DNA of 64,000 nt from Paramecium tetraurelia (lineage: Eukaryota), in NCBI GenBank assembly GCA_000165425.1, contig CT868052.1, positions 558,001 to 622,000 of the forward strand. Reading direction: 5' to 3'. Positions 41,901 through 56,900 of this stretch are shown here, one piece after another; positions within the stretch are counted from its first letter, which is position 1, and every line of letters begins with the position of its first letter. The notes under the pieces were generated by a model that was given only the letters and a program-made list of their open reading frames with translations, was not told the origin of the DNA and searched no databases. The position numbers and the translations under genes are program-made.

Positions 41901-44900
41901 ACCACCTAAAGTAGGTGCTCTTCCAGAAGTTGAAAAAACAGTTCATGCAAGCAAAACATCGGAAGATGCTCCAAAGGTTGATAGAACAAGTCCAGAGGGC
42001 TAAGATAATTTAGTTGAATATGGTTATGGATTTTGGTTGAGATATTTAACAACTTATCCAGAGAGATAACCAAATGGTAAGAATCAACCATGGTACTTTG
42101 TTTCAAGATTGACATGGCATAAGGAATATGATAACATCAGAATGGGAGACAGAACATTGGCTATCTGGTAAGGATAAGGATACTACCATTTCACAACTTG
42201 CAATATCTAAAATAACAATGCAAATGTTATACAGAATGTCAATTATCCAGATGACATTGAAGGTCTTTGGACATTTATTTACTATTCATACAGTAAGAAT
42301 GAAAACAGAGCTAAGGCCTTTATTAAATACGGAGATGGTGATTTCTAAGCAGTTGATCATCAAGTCACTCATTAACCAACTTAAACCGTTAGATTTATTT
42401 TGGGAGGTACAGATGAAAAGAGATACCCAGCCTTTAATGGTTTATTCACTTCAGTCTACTTCAACACTAAAGTTGGTGCTTACATTGGTAACGTAGATGC
42501 AGCTAAAAAGTTTGTTAATGATTTCTCACCAATTCCAAGAATCAGAGTCACTGATTTGATCAGCAAACCTATTGTTTCAGATGAAGTTGAAAGACAAGTA
42601 ACAGATAAATAAACAGAAGCAACTGTCGAAGAATAGAGACTCCCTGATGAATATGGAATTTCAGGTTGGTTCAAATGGAATGAGGTGGCCCAATAACCTT
42701 GGCATAATATTTTCAGAGTTCAAATCAAAACTCCTTCAACTGATGCATTCTTAGGAGATAGAACTCTTTCTTTATGGTTAGGAACTCCTGAAGGTGGTAT
42801 TTTACACATGCCAACATATTCATATACAAATATGAATGGAGCTGGTAATACTAATTATTGGAAGAATATTCAACACAAAGACAGACACACTAAATGGTTC
42901 TTTGTTTACTTTGGTTATTCAAAACCAAAGGCCTAAGCTTATGCTTATGTTAAATGGTCAGATTCTGAAGATTCAAATACCTATGATAAAGCTAACCACT
43001 ATTATTCAGCAAACTATTACATATTCGTTGGTAAGGATCCCCATTTCCCAGGATTTAATGGAAAATTAAATTAAGTCACATTTAACATTGGTGATGGATC
43101 ATTCAGAACAGGAAACGATTTCACTCATCCAAAGGATGCATTTGGTTTCAGTACTGGTTTAGATAAATACTCAAAGAAAGGAGATGCCCCTTCAGTCAGA
43201 TCAGAAGATAAAGTCTTAGAGAGTGCTGAAAATTCAAAACCACCTGTTTTAGATAAAGATGCTACTTCTGATAAGAATTTAGAGACTTATGGTTACGGAT
43301 TCTGGTTAAGATATTTGACAGCCCATCCATTCAGACAACTTTCTGGTAAGAATCAACCATGGTACTTTGTTTCTAGATTGACATGGAATAAGGAATATGA
43401 TAATATTAGAATGGGAGACAGAGCCTTGGCTGTTTGGTAAGGATAAGGATACTATCATTTCACTGCTTGTAATTCTAAGACTGGTAATGTGAACTAAATC
43501 CTCAATATTGATTACCCAGCTGATATCGAAGGATTATGGACATACGTCTATTATTCATTCAGCGTTGATGAGAATTAAGCTGTAGGATTCACTTAATATG
43601 GTACTTCTGAACCAAAATAAATTGTTCATAAAACATCTCATGCTGCCACAAAATATGTTAGATTTTTATTGGGTGGTACTGATGAAAATAGATACCCTGC
43701 TTTCAACGGTTTGTTTGCTTCAGTTTCATTCTCAACACAAAATGCCTATGTTGGAACAATAGATGAATTCAAAAAATTAGTTGCATCTGTCCCAATGCCT
43801 TCTTAAGGACTTAGAGATTTAACAACTTACAAATTAAGTGAAGTCATCACTAGAACACCCACTGACGATATCTCTAAAGAAGTCACTGTTGGAGGTGGTA
43901 AAGAACAATTCCCATCTGAATATGCTATTAGCGGATGGTTCTAATGGAAACCAATTGCCCAACAACCATGGCATAACCTCTTCAGAGTTACTCTTAAATA
44001 GCCATCAACTGACAATTTCTTGGGTGACAGAACATTAACCTTATGGATTGGTACTCCAGAAGGAGGTATCTTACATTTCCCAACATATACATATGCAAAT
44101 ATGGTTGGAGGAGGAAATAACAATTACTGGAAGAATATTGTTCACAAGAATAGAATCAGAGAGTGGTTCTTTGTTTACTTTGGATACTCAAAGACTAAGG
44201 CTTAAGCTAACGTATATGTTAAATGGACTGATTCTGAAGATTCCTTATCATATGATAAAGCTAACCATTACTTTGCACCATAATTATATGTATTTTTGGG
44301 AAGAGACAAGCATTTCCCAGGTCATAGTGGTAAAATTGCTTATGTGAGATTTAATTTGGGTAATGGAGCTCACATCGAGAATAATAAGTTTGATCATCCA
44401 TAAGATGTATTTGCATTCAAAGAAGGAACAGAAAAATTATTCAAGAGGGATGAGTAACTCCTACCAGATGAACCTACCAAAGATGTTTATGAAAATGGAT
44501 TCGAACAAAAATAACCAGTTATTAATAAGGAGAGTCCATCAGAAAGTGCTCTTGAAGAATATGGTTATGGTTTCTGGATGAGATTCTTGACTTCCTATCC
44601 TTAAAGATTACCAAATGGTAAGAATCAACCATGGTACTTTGTATCTAGATTGACATGGAATAAGGAATACGATAATATTAGAATGGGAGACAGAGCTTTG
44701 GCTATTTGGTAAGGATAAGGATACTATCATTTCACTACATGCAACTCAGCAGACAATAATCCAAACTACATTCAAAACAATAACTACCCAGAAGATATTG
44801 AAGGACTTTGGACTTATGTCTATTATTCATACAGTGAAGCTAAGAACAAGGCAGTAGGTCTTATTAAATATGGAAATCAAGACTTCTAATCAATAAAACA

Positions 44901-47900
44901 TGATACAACCCATGCAACTACAAAATATGTTAGATTCATTTTAGGAGGTAATGACGAAGGTAGATATCCAGGATTCAATGGTATATTCACATCTGTCACA
45001 TTTGGTACCACAAGAGGAACTTTCATTGATAGCGTTGATTAAGTGAAGAATTATTTGGCTAAAGTTGGTACACCTGCATCTGAATTGCCTGATTTATTTA
45101 ACTACAAGATTGTCGATTCAATATAAAGCAGAGCAGCTACTGATGAACCAGTTTATAAAGTTGTTGGAAAGGAGAACGAAAGATTCCCACATGAATATGC
45201 AATCAGTGGATGGTTCAAATGGCAACCAACAGCCTAGTAACCTTGGCATAACCTATTCAGGGTTAATTTGAAAACTCCATCAACAGATGCCTTCTTAGGA
45301 GATAGAACCTTGACTTGTTGGGTTGGTACAGCTGAAGGCGGTATTTTACATATGCCAACATATTCATATACAAATATGAATGGAGGTGGTAATACTAATT
45401 ATTGGAAGAATATTCAACACAAAGACAGACACACTAAATGGTTCTGGGTATACTTTGGATATTCAAAACCAAAAGCTTAAGCTTATGCCTATGTCAAATG
45501 GTCAGATTCTGAAGATTCAAATACTTACGATAAGACTAATCATTATTATGCACCAGAATTCCATATTTACGCTGGAAGAGATAAACACTATCCAGGACAC
45601 AGTGGAGTTGTAGCTCATGTTTAATTCAATCTTGGTAAAGATGCATTTAGAACTGGATCAGATTTCAATCATCCAAATGATGTCTTTGGATTTGGAAAAG
45701 GAAAGGAACTTATTAAGGGTCCAGCTGAATTCAAACCAAAAGATGCTGATAACACTATATTAACAAATGCTGCCAGCTAAGTTAAACCAGTTATTGACTA
45801 AGAAGCCAAATCAGATGCTCCATTTGAACAATATGGATATGGATTTTGGTTAAGATTTTTGACTGCACATCCTGAAAGATTAATAAATGGTAAGAATCAA
45901 CCATGGTACTTTGTTTCTAGATTGACATAATTTGAGAAATATGATAATATTAGATTGGGAGACAGAACACTTGCTATTTGGTAAGGTTAAGGGTACTATC
46001 ATTTCACTACTTGCAGTATTGCTCCATAAAATCCAAATTTAATCTAAAACATTGACTATCCTGCTGACATTGAAGGTTTATGGACATACATTTATTATTC
46101 ATACAGTGCTGATAGCAATAAAGCAGTTGCATTCATTAAATATGGAGATTAGGAAATTAAATCAATTACTCATAAGACAACTCATGAAGCAGTTAAATAT
46201 TTGAGATTCATTTTGGGTGGTAACGATGCTAACAGATATCCTGGATTCAATGGATAATTCACTTCAGTCACTTTTTCAACTGATGGAGCCTTTGTTGATA
46301 ATCCAGCCAAGATCAATGCTTATATTGATAACCATAAAGCACCTTCAGTCGTTGTAGCATTATAAACATACAAATTAGTAGAGGATGCTATTTCCAGAGA
46401 TTCAAATGCAGAACCTCTTGAAAAGACTGTTCAAGTTGGACTCCCATTAGAATATGCAATAAGTGGTTGGGTGAAATGGAAACCAACAGCTTAAGCACCT
46501 TGGCATAACCTATTCAGAGTTACCCTTAAATAACCATCAACAGACGCCTTCTTAGGAGATAGAACATTGACTTGTTGGGTTGGTACAGCCGAAGGTGGTA
46601 TTTTACATATGCCAACATACACTTACACTAATATGAATGGAGGTGGAAACAATAATTTCTGGAAGAACATTTAACACAAAGGAAGAATCAATGATTGGTT
46701 CTATATTTACTATGGATATTCAAAGATTTCAAGAAAAGCATATGCCTTTGTTAAATGGACTGAAGGAGAAGACTCTTTGACTTTCGATGATGTTAATCAC
46801 TATCTTGCTTAAACATTGTACTTATTTGTAGGAAGAGATAAGCATTACCCAGGACATAGTGGTAAAATTGGATACTTCAATTTCAATGCAGGTGAAGGAG
46901 CATTTGTTACTGGAAATAAATTTGATCATCCTAAAGATATCTTCGGATTTTCAATTGGATCTGATAATTTGCTCACCTAAAAGGATGCTGAATTGAAACC
47001 AGGAGTTCCAGTAGCTGAACAATTACCAAATGGATCAGAAGACAAGAAACCAGTTATTGAGAAAGATTTGAATGCAGATCAAAATTTAGAAGAATATGGT
47101 TTTGGTTTCTGGTTGAGATTCTTAACAGCTTATCCTGCTAGATTGATATCAGGTAAGAATCAACCATGGTACTTCGTTTCAAGATTGACTCAACATAACC
47201 AATATGATAATATTAGAATGGGAGATAGAACATTAGCTATTTGGTAAGGACAAGGATATTACCATTTCACAACTTGCAATTCTGTTAACAATAATCCTAA
47301 TGTCATCCAAAATGTTGATTATCCAGCTGATATTGAAGGATTATGGACATACATCTATTATTCATACAGTGATGATAAAGCTAGAGCAGTAGGACTCATT
47401 AAATATGGAAATGATGATATCAAAGCAATTCGTCACGATGTTACTCATCCTGGAACCAAGCATGTCAAATTCATTTTAGGTGGTAATGATGCTGGAAGAT
47501 ATCCAGGATTCAATGGTATTTTCACTTAAGTCACATTCAGTGCTTCAATTGGAGCATTCATTGATTCTCCAGATTAATTAAAGCCTCATTTGGAGAAGAT
47601 TGGAACACCAAATTCCCTTCTTAGCGAATTGACCAATTCAGTTCTTGTTGATTCTTAAATTGCTAGAGACAAAGGAACAGATCCTATTGAAAAGACTATT
47701 GGAAGTGAAGCCACTAGATTCCCACATGAATATGCAATTAGTGGATGGTTCAAATGGACACCAACTGCCCAAGAAGCATGGCATAAACGTTTTCAGAGTT
47801 ACCCTCAAATAACCATCAACCGATGCCTTCTTAGGAGATAGAACTTTGACTTGTTGGGTTGGTACAGCTGAAGGTGGTATTTTACACTTGCCAACATATA

Positions 47901-50900
47901 CATATGCAAATATGAATGGAGCTGGTAACACAAACCTTTGGAAGAACATCCCACACAAAGAAAGACATACTAAATGGTTCTTCTTGTACTTCGGATACAC
48001 AAAATTGTAATAGAAAGCTTATTCATATGTTAAATGGACAGATGGAGAGGATAGTTTGAAGTATGACAATGTTAATCATTACTTTGCACCTTAATTCTTT
48101 GTATTCGTAGGCAGAGATAAGCACTACCCAGGATTCAGTGGTAAATTAGCCTATGTTAACTTTAATGTTGGACAAGGATCATTCAGAGGAGAAAATGACT
48201 TCAAACATCCTAAAGATGTATTCGGGTTTGAAATCGGATAAAACAAATTATTGGACTCAAAGAGAGGTGATTTCAATCCAAGAGAATTACAAAAAGGTTA
48301 AGCACTTTAGAATGACTTTGAAAATGATAAGCCTACAATTGAAAGAGACGAGTAATCAGGAGACTTGCCATTTGAGGAATATGGTTACGGATTCTGGATG
48401 AGATTCTTGACTGCCTATCCAAAGAGATTAATAAGTGGTAAGAATGCTCCTTGGTACTTCTTGTCCAGATTGACATACAATGATAAATACTAAGATGCTG
48501 GTATGGGAGATAGAACATTAGCCATTTGGTAAGGATAAGGATACTACCATTTCACAACTTGCAATATTGCCCCTGCTAATGTTAATTTAATTCAGAATGT
48601 CAATTTCCCAGAGGATATTGAAGGATTATGGACATTTGTTTATTACTCATACAGTGTAGATGAAAACAAGGCTATAGCATTTATCAAATATGGTGATGGA
48701 GATGTTCAATCAATTACTCACAAGACAACACATCCAGCTGTGAAATTCTTGAAATTCATATTAGGTGGAAATGACAATAAGAGATACCCAGGATTCAATG
48801 GTTAATTCAGAACAGTGACATTCTCAACAAGATCTGGTGCTTATGTTGATAAATTGGATACAATTAATGATTATTTGAAAACAAACCCAAGTCCATCAAC
48901 ATTAATTCCATTATAATCAAATCAAATCATCAAAGATCCAGTCTAAAGATAAGCTGGAGATGACTTAGTATAAAGAAGATTTGGAGGTGACGATAACAAA
49001 TTCCCATTAGAATATTCATACAGTGGATGGTATAAATGGGTTGATGGACCTAATCTTAACGCTTGGTATAACTTATTCAGAGTAACAATCAAAGACCCAT
49101 CAACAGATTAGTTCTTAGGAGATAGAACATTGTCAGGATGGATTGGATTTGGTAACTTGCATGTACCAACCTATACATATGCTAACATGAATGGTGCTGG
49201 TAATGTTAATCACTGGAAGAACATTGAACACAAGAACAGAATCTTCAAATGGTTCTATGTATACTTTGGATATTCAAAGAAAGACTAATTGGCATATGCC
49301 TGGGCTCAATGGTCAACAGGAGAGAAGGATTCTTAATCATGGGATAAATGCAATCATTATTTGGCTCCAGATTTCTTCGTGTATGTTGGAAGAGATAAGC
49401 ATTTCTAAGGTTTGAATGGTCAATTGGGAGCAATCAATTTCAATTTGGGGGACAAGGATCATTCAGAAAGGGAGAGTGATTTCACTCACGATGAAGATAT
49501 TTTCGGATACAATGCAGCATTCACAAAGAAATAACCAGCATAATTCAATTTGGATAGCAGAGTTGCTAAAGTGTTAACATCAACAGTTGAATAAAAGGAG
49601 CCAACATTCACAAAGAATTTCAATGCAGATGATGTAGACAATGTTAGTGAATATGGTTATGGATTTTGGTTGAGACATTTGAATAATGTTCATCCAGTTC
49701 CAATGAATAGAGGTATTTAAGTTGATTGGACATTTGTGGCTAGATTGAGTAAGAATGAGAAGTTGGCTGATATTGGTTTGGGTGATAGAGTATTAGCAAT
49801 ATGGTAAGGAAGAGGATACTATCATTTCACTACATATAATGGTGGAAATCCAAATAATGTGAACAATGTCAATTTCCCATAATTATTGGATGGTCTCTGG
49901 ACATTTATCTACTATTCTCATAATTTGGATAAGAAACAATCAATTTCATTTGTTAAATTTGGAGAAGCTGATATTATTAAGAATGTCATTGCAGCTGAAC
50001 ACTTACCACCCTTATTACTTAAATTCTATTTAGGAGGACAACACTTAGTATACAAAGGATTCAATGGTCAATTCTCAGATGTGATTGTGTCTGCAAACAA
50101 AGGTGTATTCATTGAGAATATCGATGATATTAAGGCATTACTAGAGAAAGTAGAATAACCAGCTACCTATGTTCTTGATGTCAAGACTAAATAAGTGATT
50201 GTAAAAGAAGCCATATTTAATGACAAGACAGAATAGAAGGAAATAGTTTATGATGATTTGGCATTAGCTCCAGAATACTCTTGGAGTGGTTGGTTCAAAT
50301 GGACATTCATTCCAAATCAATAAGCTTGGCATCTAGGTGTTCGTGTGAGTACTTTGTAATCAAGTGAAAATCTGTCATTCTTGGGTGATAGATCATTGTG
50401 CATGTGGGTTGGATAACCAGAAGGAGGTATTTTACACTTTGCTACTTACAACTACTAAAATATTTATGGAGGTGGTAATGCTAATTCATGGTAGAATGTT
50501 AAACATAATGATGATCATGCAAGATGGCACTTTGTTTATTTCGGATACTCCAGAAATACTAGATAAGCATATGCAAGAGTTGAATTTAGAGGAAGATTAG
50601 AAGAGAGACCTTACAAGGATCACAATCATTTCATTGCTAATGCTTATTCATTCTATGTTGCTAAAGATAAATGGCATGCTGCATATAGTGGTGTCATTTC
50701 AACTTTGAGATTCAATGTTGGCGATGGAGTATTCAGAACTGCTGAATATGAAAAGGCTAAAGATGATATTCATGGATATGATTCAGGAAGAGCATTGTAC
50801 TTCAAGGAACTACCAAAAGTAGATCTAGAGAAAGATTTGTAGAAAGGTGGTTTGGATTCACCATAAAATGGTAAGGATCCGTTGATCACAAGAAAATTGT

Positions 50901-53900
50901 CAGGAGCAGAACTTGAAGACAATGTTGAATTTGGTTATGGTTTCTGGTTGAGATTCCTTACTCAATATCCAATTGCTTTGAAACAAGGATTGTAACCACC
51001 CTGGTCATTTATTGCCAGAGTCACTAGAAATCAAGATTTGGGAGATGCCAGATTAGGAGATAGATTATTGGCTAATTGGTTCAATAGTGCCAACTATTAT
51101 CACTATTGTACAAATGATGGAGGAAATGTTAATTCAGTTCAAAATATCCAAACTGGTTAAGATATAGAAGGTGTCTGGACATATTTGTTCTTTGCTCATA
51201 GTGATGCTGTTGATTAATCAGTTGGTTTCTTGAAGATTGGTGATAAATTGTAGAAGATTGTAACATAATCAGTAATTCCAGTTCCACAATTCTTACAATT
51301 CTACTTAGCAGGATCATAACTCAATTATCCAGCATTCAATGGTCAATTTGCTCATGTAGTATTCTCTGCTGGAGAAGGAATTTTCAAGAAGGATGAAGCT
51401 CAATTCAATGCTTGGTTATAATAATTTGAAAAACCTGCCTAATTCAATACCAATTTGGTTACTAAGCATGTAATTGAAGACCCTAAGGAATTCAAATAAG
51501 ATACTCCATCAGATGAAATTATTTATGAAGACTTAGCTCTAGTTGGAGAATATTCTTGGTCAGGATGGTTCAAATGGACTCCAACAGTGTAATAGCCATG
51601 GCATTTGATGGTCAGATTCTCAATCCACTAGGCTTCAGAAAACATATAATTCTTAGGAGATAGAACACTCAATGCATGGGTCGGATAAGGATACTTCCAT
51701 TTCACAGCATACACATATGTTAATCTTAATGGAGGTGGAAATGTTAATCAATGGTAGAATATCAATTATGAGAATGATCACACAAAATGGCATTTCATCT
51801 ACTTTGGATATTCAAAGGTCCAATAATTGGCTTAAGCTAAAGTGGAATTCAAGAATAGAGTTGCAGAATTGTCTTACAAGAATACAAATCATTATTTACC
51901 AAATAAGATATCAGTTTATGTTGCAAGAGACAAATGGCATGCAGTCTACAGTGGTAATATCGGTCATTTAAGAGTCAATGGAGGAAATGGGGCATTCAAT
52001 CCTACAGGTTATGGTGATGCTAAAGATGATGTCTTCGGATATTAGATTGGAAAGGATGCATTTTTAGAGAAGGAAGCACCAGTAGATGAATTGAGAGAAT
52101 AAGAAATATTAGATTCTGCATTTAATCAAGAGAAGCCAGTTCTTTAAAAAGAATTCAAGGAAGCTGACTTAGAAGGAGTCTCAGAATATGGTTATGGATT
52201 CTATTTCAGACATTTGGAATAATATCCAGTTTAAATGAGAGATGGTAGATTGGCACCATATTACATCATGTCAAGATTATCATGGAATAAGGATGAAGGA
52301 GATATCAGAATGGGAGATAGATTATTGGCAGTCTGGTAAGAATAAGCAGCAATATTGTTCATAACCAATGATTTACCAGGAAATCCAAATCTCTTGTCTA
52401 GAATACCAGTTGCTGAAAGAGAAGGAGTTTGGACATTCTTATACTTCAGTTATTCATTGGAAGATTAATTGGCTGTTGGTATATTGAAGTTTGATGGTAT
52501 TGATGAAGTATTCCACACATCAATGAAATGTAACCATGGTAAAAGAAGTTATTTGAGATTCACTTTGGGATCTGCACCTCCTCATTTCTATCCAAGATTT
52601 AATGGTCAAATTGCCAACTATGCTATCAAATTTGGTAGAACTGGATTTGTGAGAAATTATGATTCCTTAAAGAAATATTTGGTTAACAGAATACCACACC
52701 CAGGATAGGAAGATAAAGCATTAAAGACATTGAAACATTTAGAAGAAGAGAAGAACTATAAGGGAGATAGTCAAGAAGAGCTTGTAGTTGAAGTTCCCAA
52801 TGATTTGACTAAGTTTGCAACTGAATATTCAGTGTCAGGATGGTTGAGATGGGATCAACCACCTATTGGAGCACCTTGGTTCAATGTATTCAGATTGAGT
52901 TTATACTCTACAGAAGCAAATGCTGAAGGAAGATTTGGTGACAGAGATTTATCCTTGTTCAAACATGCTACCTACTATCATTTCTAAACCTATAATTATT
53001 AACCAGGATTACCATGGATTTATGGATTCGATTTCCCACATGAAGATTAACATACTCAATGGCATTTCTTCTATACTGGTTACTCAAGAGAAAAGAGACA
53101 AATCTATCACTATTTATCATTCTTAGAAGCAGAGGCTGACAAATTATTTGATAAACAAACACATCTTGTCGTCAACAAACACTACTTCTCATATGGTAAA
53201 GACTTCAAGAAGTTCTATGCAAGTCACAGAGGAGTTACTGGTATTAGTAATCTTGTTAACATTAATTATGGTAATGGAGCATATACAACTAAGCCATTCT
53301 TAATCAAAGATGGAGAGGACAAACCTTGATGCATTTTAGTTTCAACAAAGGAAGAGACCTCTATACTCCTAAATTCCCATAGAAGGAATTCACTACTGAT
53401 AAGACCAAATTATTGGAATGCATCTTTGATAAGGCTGAACCAAATGTTCTTTTGAAGATCGAGGATTCTAAAGATGTACCCACTAGAGGATTATAAGAAT
53501 ATGGATGGTCCACTTGGTTAAGATGGTCTAGAACTGGACCTAAATCTATGCCATGGAGAATCGTTTGGCATAACATTGCTAGATTAACAAGTAAAAGAAA
53601 CCATGGAGATTTAACATAACAAGGAGATAGATTATTGGCTGCATGGTTGTTCACCAACTCATATTACTTCTCTCATTCACCAAAAGGAGTTGGAGAATAA
53701 GTTCAACATATCCCATGGAAGATCATTGATGGAGAATGGAACTTCATTTCCATCTCATACAAGAAAGGAGAAGTCAAGGCTTATGTCTTCTAAAAGGGAG
53801 AAATCTCAGATTTCACATGGAAAGCTAAACATGACTTAGTTGGAGACTATTTAGAATTCATTTCAGGAAAAGAATTTGGATACAACTTCTTCAATGGATA

Positions 53901-56900
53901 TATGTGGGGATTGTCATTGAAATTAGGTGATGGAGCTCACTTCGCTGATCAAGATGCTGTTAAAACCTATGTCACTGGAGCAATGAAATTACCAGATGAA
54001 TTCAGATTTGATTAGACCAGAAAGACTCTACCAATCAAGAAGGAGAAGACTAAGATTGAAGCTACAGCTGAACCAGATATTATCACAATTGAACCTAAGG
54101 ATGCTAACGGAAAAGTTGAGTATGCAATCTCAGGATGGGCTAAATGGACTGATATTCCAAATATTGGACCATGGCATCTTGTCTACAGAGTCACATGCTG
54201 GGGTAAAGATCTTGTTGGTAACATGGATAAGCCAGGAGATAGAACTCTGTCTATGTGGAAGGGATTAGGATTCTACCATCAAACTGTGTACACTGTTGAT
54301 TAAGTCAATGGAGGAGCTTGGTCTATCCCACAAAATTTCGATTACAAGGGTTCCTTACATAAGACTTGGGTCTTTATCTATCAAGGTTATTCAAGAGAGA
54401 AGTAAAAGGCTCACGGATTCATCAAATTCCCAGATTCAGAAGAACACAGAGATTTCCCTTAATGTTAACTAATTCGTGCCCACTTACTTCACTGTCTTAT
54501 GGCATAAGGATTAATGGCATCCAGGATTCAGTGGATAAATGGAAAATTGGTACTTCAATGTAGGAACAGGATCATACAGAGAGACTGGTTATGATGACGG
54601 TGAATCTGAATTATTGACATTCGGATTTGGAGGAAGACTTGTTGCTGAATTGAAACCATGGAAGGTTGATGATATCTTTGATTAAGCATGGGGACCAGAC
54701 TAGAAGGTTGGAAAGGAAGTTGAAATGACTGATGACTCTATCAATGGAGTTACTGAATATGGTTATGGATTCTGGTCAAGATTCCTATGGAATGGACCAA
54801 GTAAATTAGTTGATAAACCTGCTTGGATGGCCTTGTCTAGATTCACAATCAATCAAAACTACTAAGGAGATGCTGCATAATAAGGAGATAGAACTCTTGC
54901 CATTTGGGTTGGACAACCATTCTATCATTTCACTACCTACACTCCAGGAAACAATAATGTTGTTTAGAATGTTCAATATGGATAAATGTTGGATGGATAA
55001 TGGAATTATGTTTGGTTTGGCTACAAGAGATTTGATAAGACTGGTAAAGTGTAAGGACATATAGTGTTTAATGGTGAATAAGTCAGATCAACTCAATTCC
55101 CAGTGGTTACTCACAATCCAATTACTGATTATGCTTACTTTTCTGTTGGATCATCAGGTACAAAATTACTTAAGAATTATCATGCTTTCAATGGACAATT
55201 GGGATTAGTCAGTTTGATACTTGGAAATGGTGGATATATTGAATCTGCTGATGAGTTGAGAAAGAGTATGCCAGGAATGCCCAAGGTTCCAGAATTGAAT
55301 GCAATTAAGAAGACTGTATTTGAAGACATTCAAACAATGAAGAGAGAAGAAGCCACTATGAAACCATATGAATATGCTGATGAATTTGCAGGATAATAAG
55401 AATATGCAGTTTCATTATGGTTCAGATGGAGTTCAATTGGAAGAGTTGCTTGGGAGAATGTTTACACATTGTCATATCATGATTAAGCCTCAAGAGCAAA
55501 CCATGTCAGACCAGGAGATAGAGTGTTGTCAGTGTTCCAATACGTTGATCACAGAATCTTCTTCAGTACATACACTACTCCAGATAATCATGATGCTTTC
55601 GCTTAAATCTTCACTGAAGCTCCAGTACCAACTCTTGATCAAACTGCTTGGGTTTATGCTTATTATGCATACAGCAGAAAGGCATAATCAGTTGTGCATT
55701 TCATGAAGACAAGAACCACAGAAAATGAGAAGAAATTAGGATGCATGCACAGAGTTCCTAAATATTTAGGATTATGGGCTGGTAAAGATGGTATTCACAC
55801 ACCTTACAATGGTAAATATGCCCATATGTACCTATATGCTGGACCAGGATCATATAGAGAGAAGGATTACTTATCATATGAACCATATATTGCTGGTGCT
55901 CTTGGAATTCAAGCTAAACCATGGAAATGGAGTGAGAAGAAGGATTAATTTGATATTGCTGACAAATAAGAAATTGAATTAGAGGCTACTGCAATTGATG
56001 GTCATTCAGCATATGCAATTGGAGTTTGGTTGAGATACTTGACTGCAATTCCAAAGAGAATTTTGGAGAAATAAGCAAGAATGTCAGTTTATAGATTCAC
56101 TTAGAATAAAAACATGGAAGATAGTGCTAAGGTAGGAGACAGAACATTGGGATTGTGGTTAACTTCTGGACAATATGGATTCAGAACATACAATTTGGCT
56201 AATAATAATCCAAACCTTTCTCAAGATATTAATTATGATGATAAGTTGGAAGGAGAATGGAACTTTGTCTACTTCTGTTTCTCAAGTGCCAAGCAATAAG
56301 CTCTAGGTTATGTCAAATTCTCATCCACTGGAGATATCAGAAGAGTTTCATTCCCAGAAATCGCTCATAAACCAATTGAAGGATATGGTAAATTGTATTT
56401 GGGTGCCACATTCACCTATCAAGGATTCAATGGTCAAATGGCCTAACTGCAAATGTTGTTTGGTGCCTAAGGATATGTTGCAGATACTGATGCCTTGGAA
56501 GCAATGATTAAGGGTACATTCACAGCACCTGAATTAGATGAGCCTGCAATTCAAACTATCAAATTATAAGATGAAGAAATTGTTAGAAAAGTTGATGAAG
56601 CTGCAGTTGTTAAAGAGTGGCCAGATTAATACTAAGGATCATTGGAATATGCAATTTATGGATGGTTCAGATATTCAAGTGCAACCTTGAAGAAAGATAA
56701 CAACGTATTGTTGAGATTGACCAATAATGAACCTGCCTACAGAAAAGAAGCTGCCACTGTTGGAGATAGAACATTGTTGATTATGTACTAACCAAGAGAA
56801 GTCGTATTCTCAACCTACACTCTAGGAACTGTTGATAGCGGATTAGTTGCCAATATTAGAAAACCAACACCAGTTGGAAACAACTTCGGTGTTTGGACAT

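Noticed and set aside
37776..54460. Euplotes-type programmed +1 frameshifting as an established feature
   Set aside because: The sites lack the AAA-stop motif, TAR is sense in this code, most sites are simple homopolymer extensions, and unrelated genes show the same defect. Kept only as a low-probability alternative.
37075..56507. The many 60-120-aa ORF-track entries in alternative frames or on the minus strand within the giant gene (e.g. 37905-38171, 38951-39310, 47638-48000)
   Set aside because: They are shadows of the biased codon usage of the real frame and recur with the repeat; they have no independent motifs.
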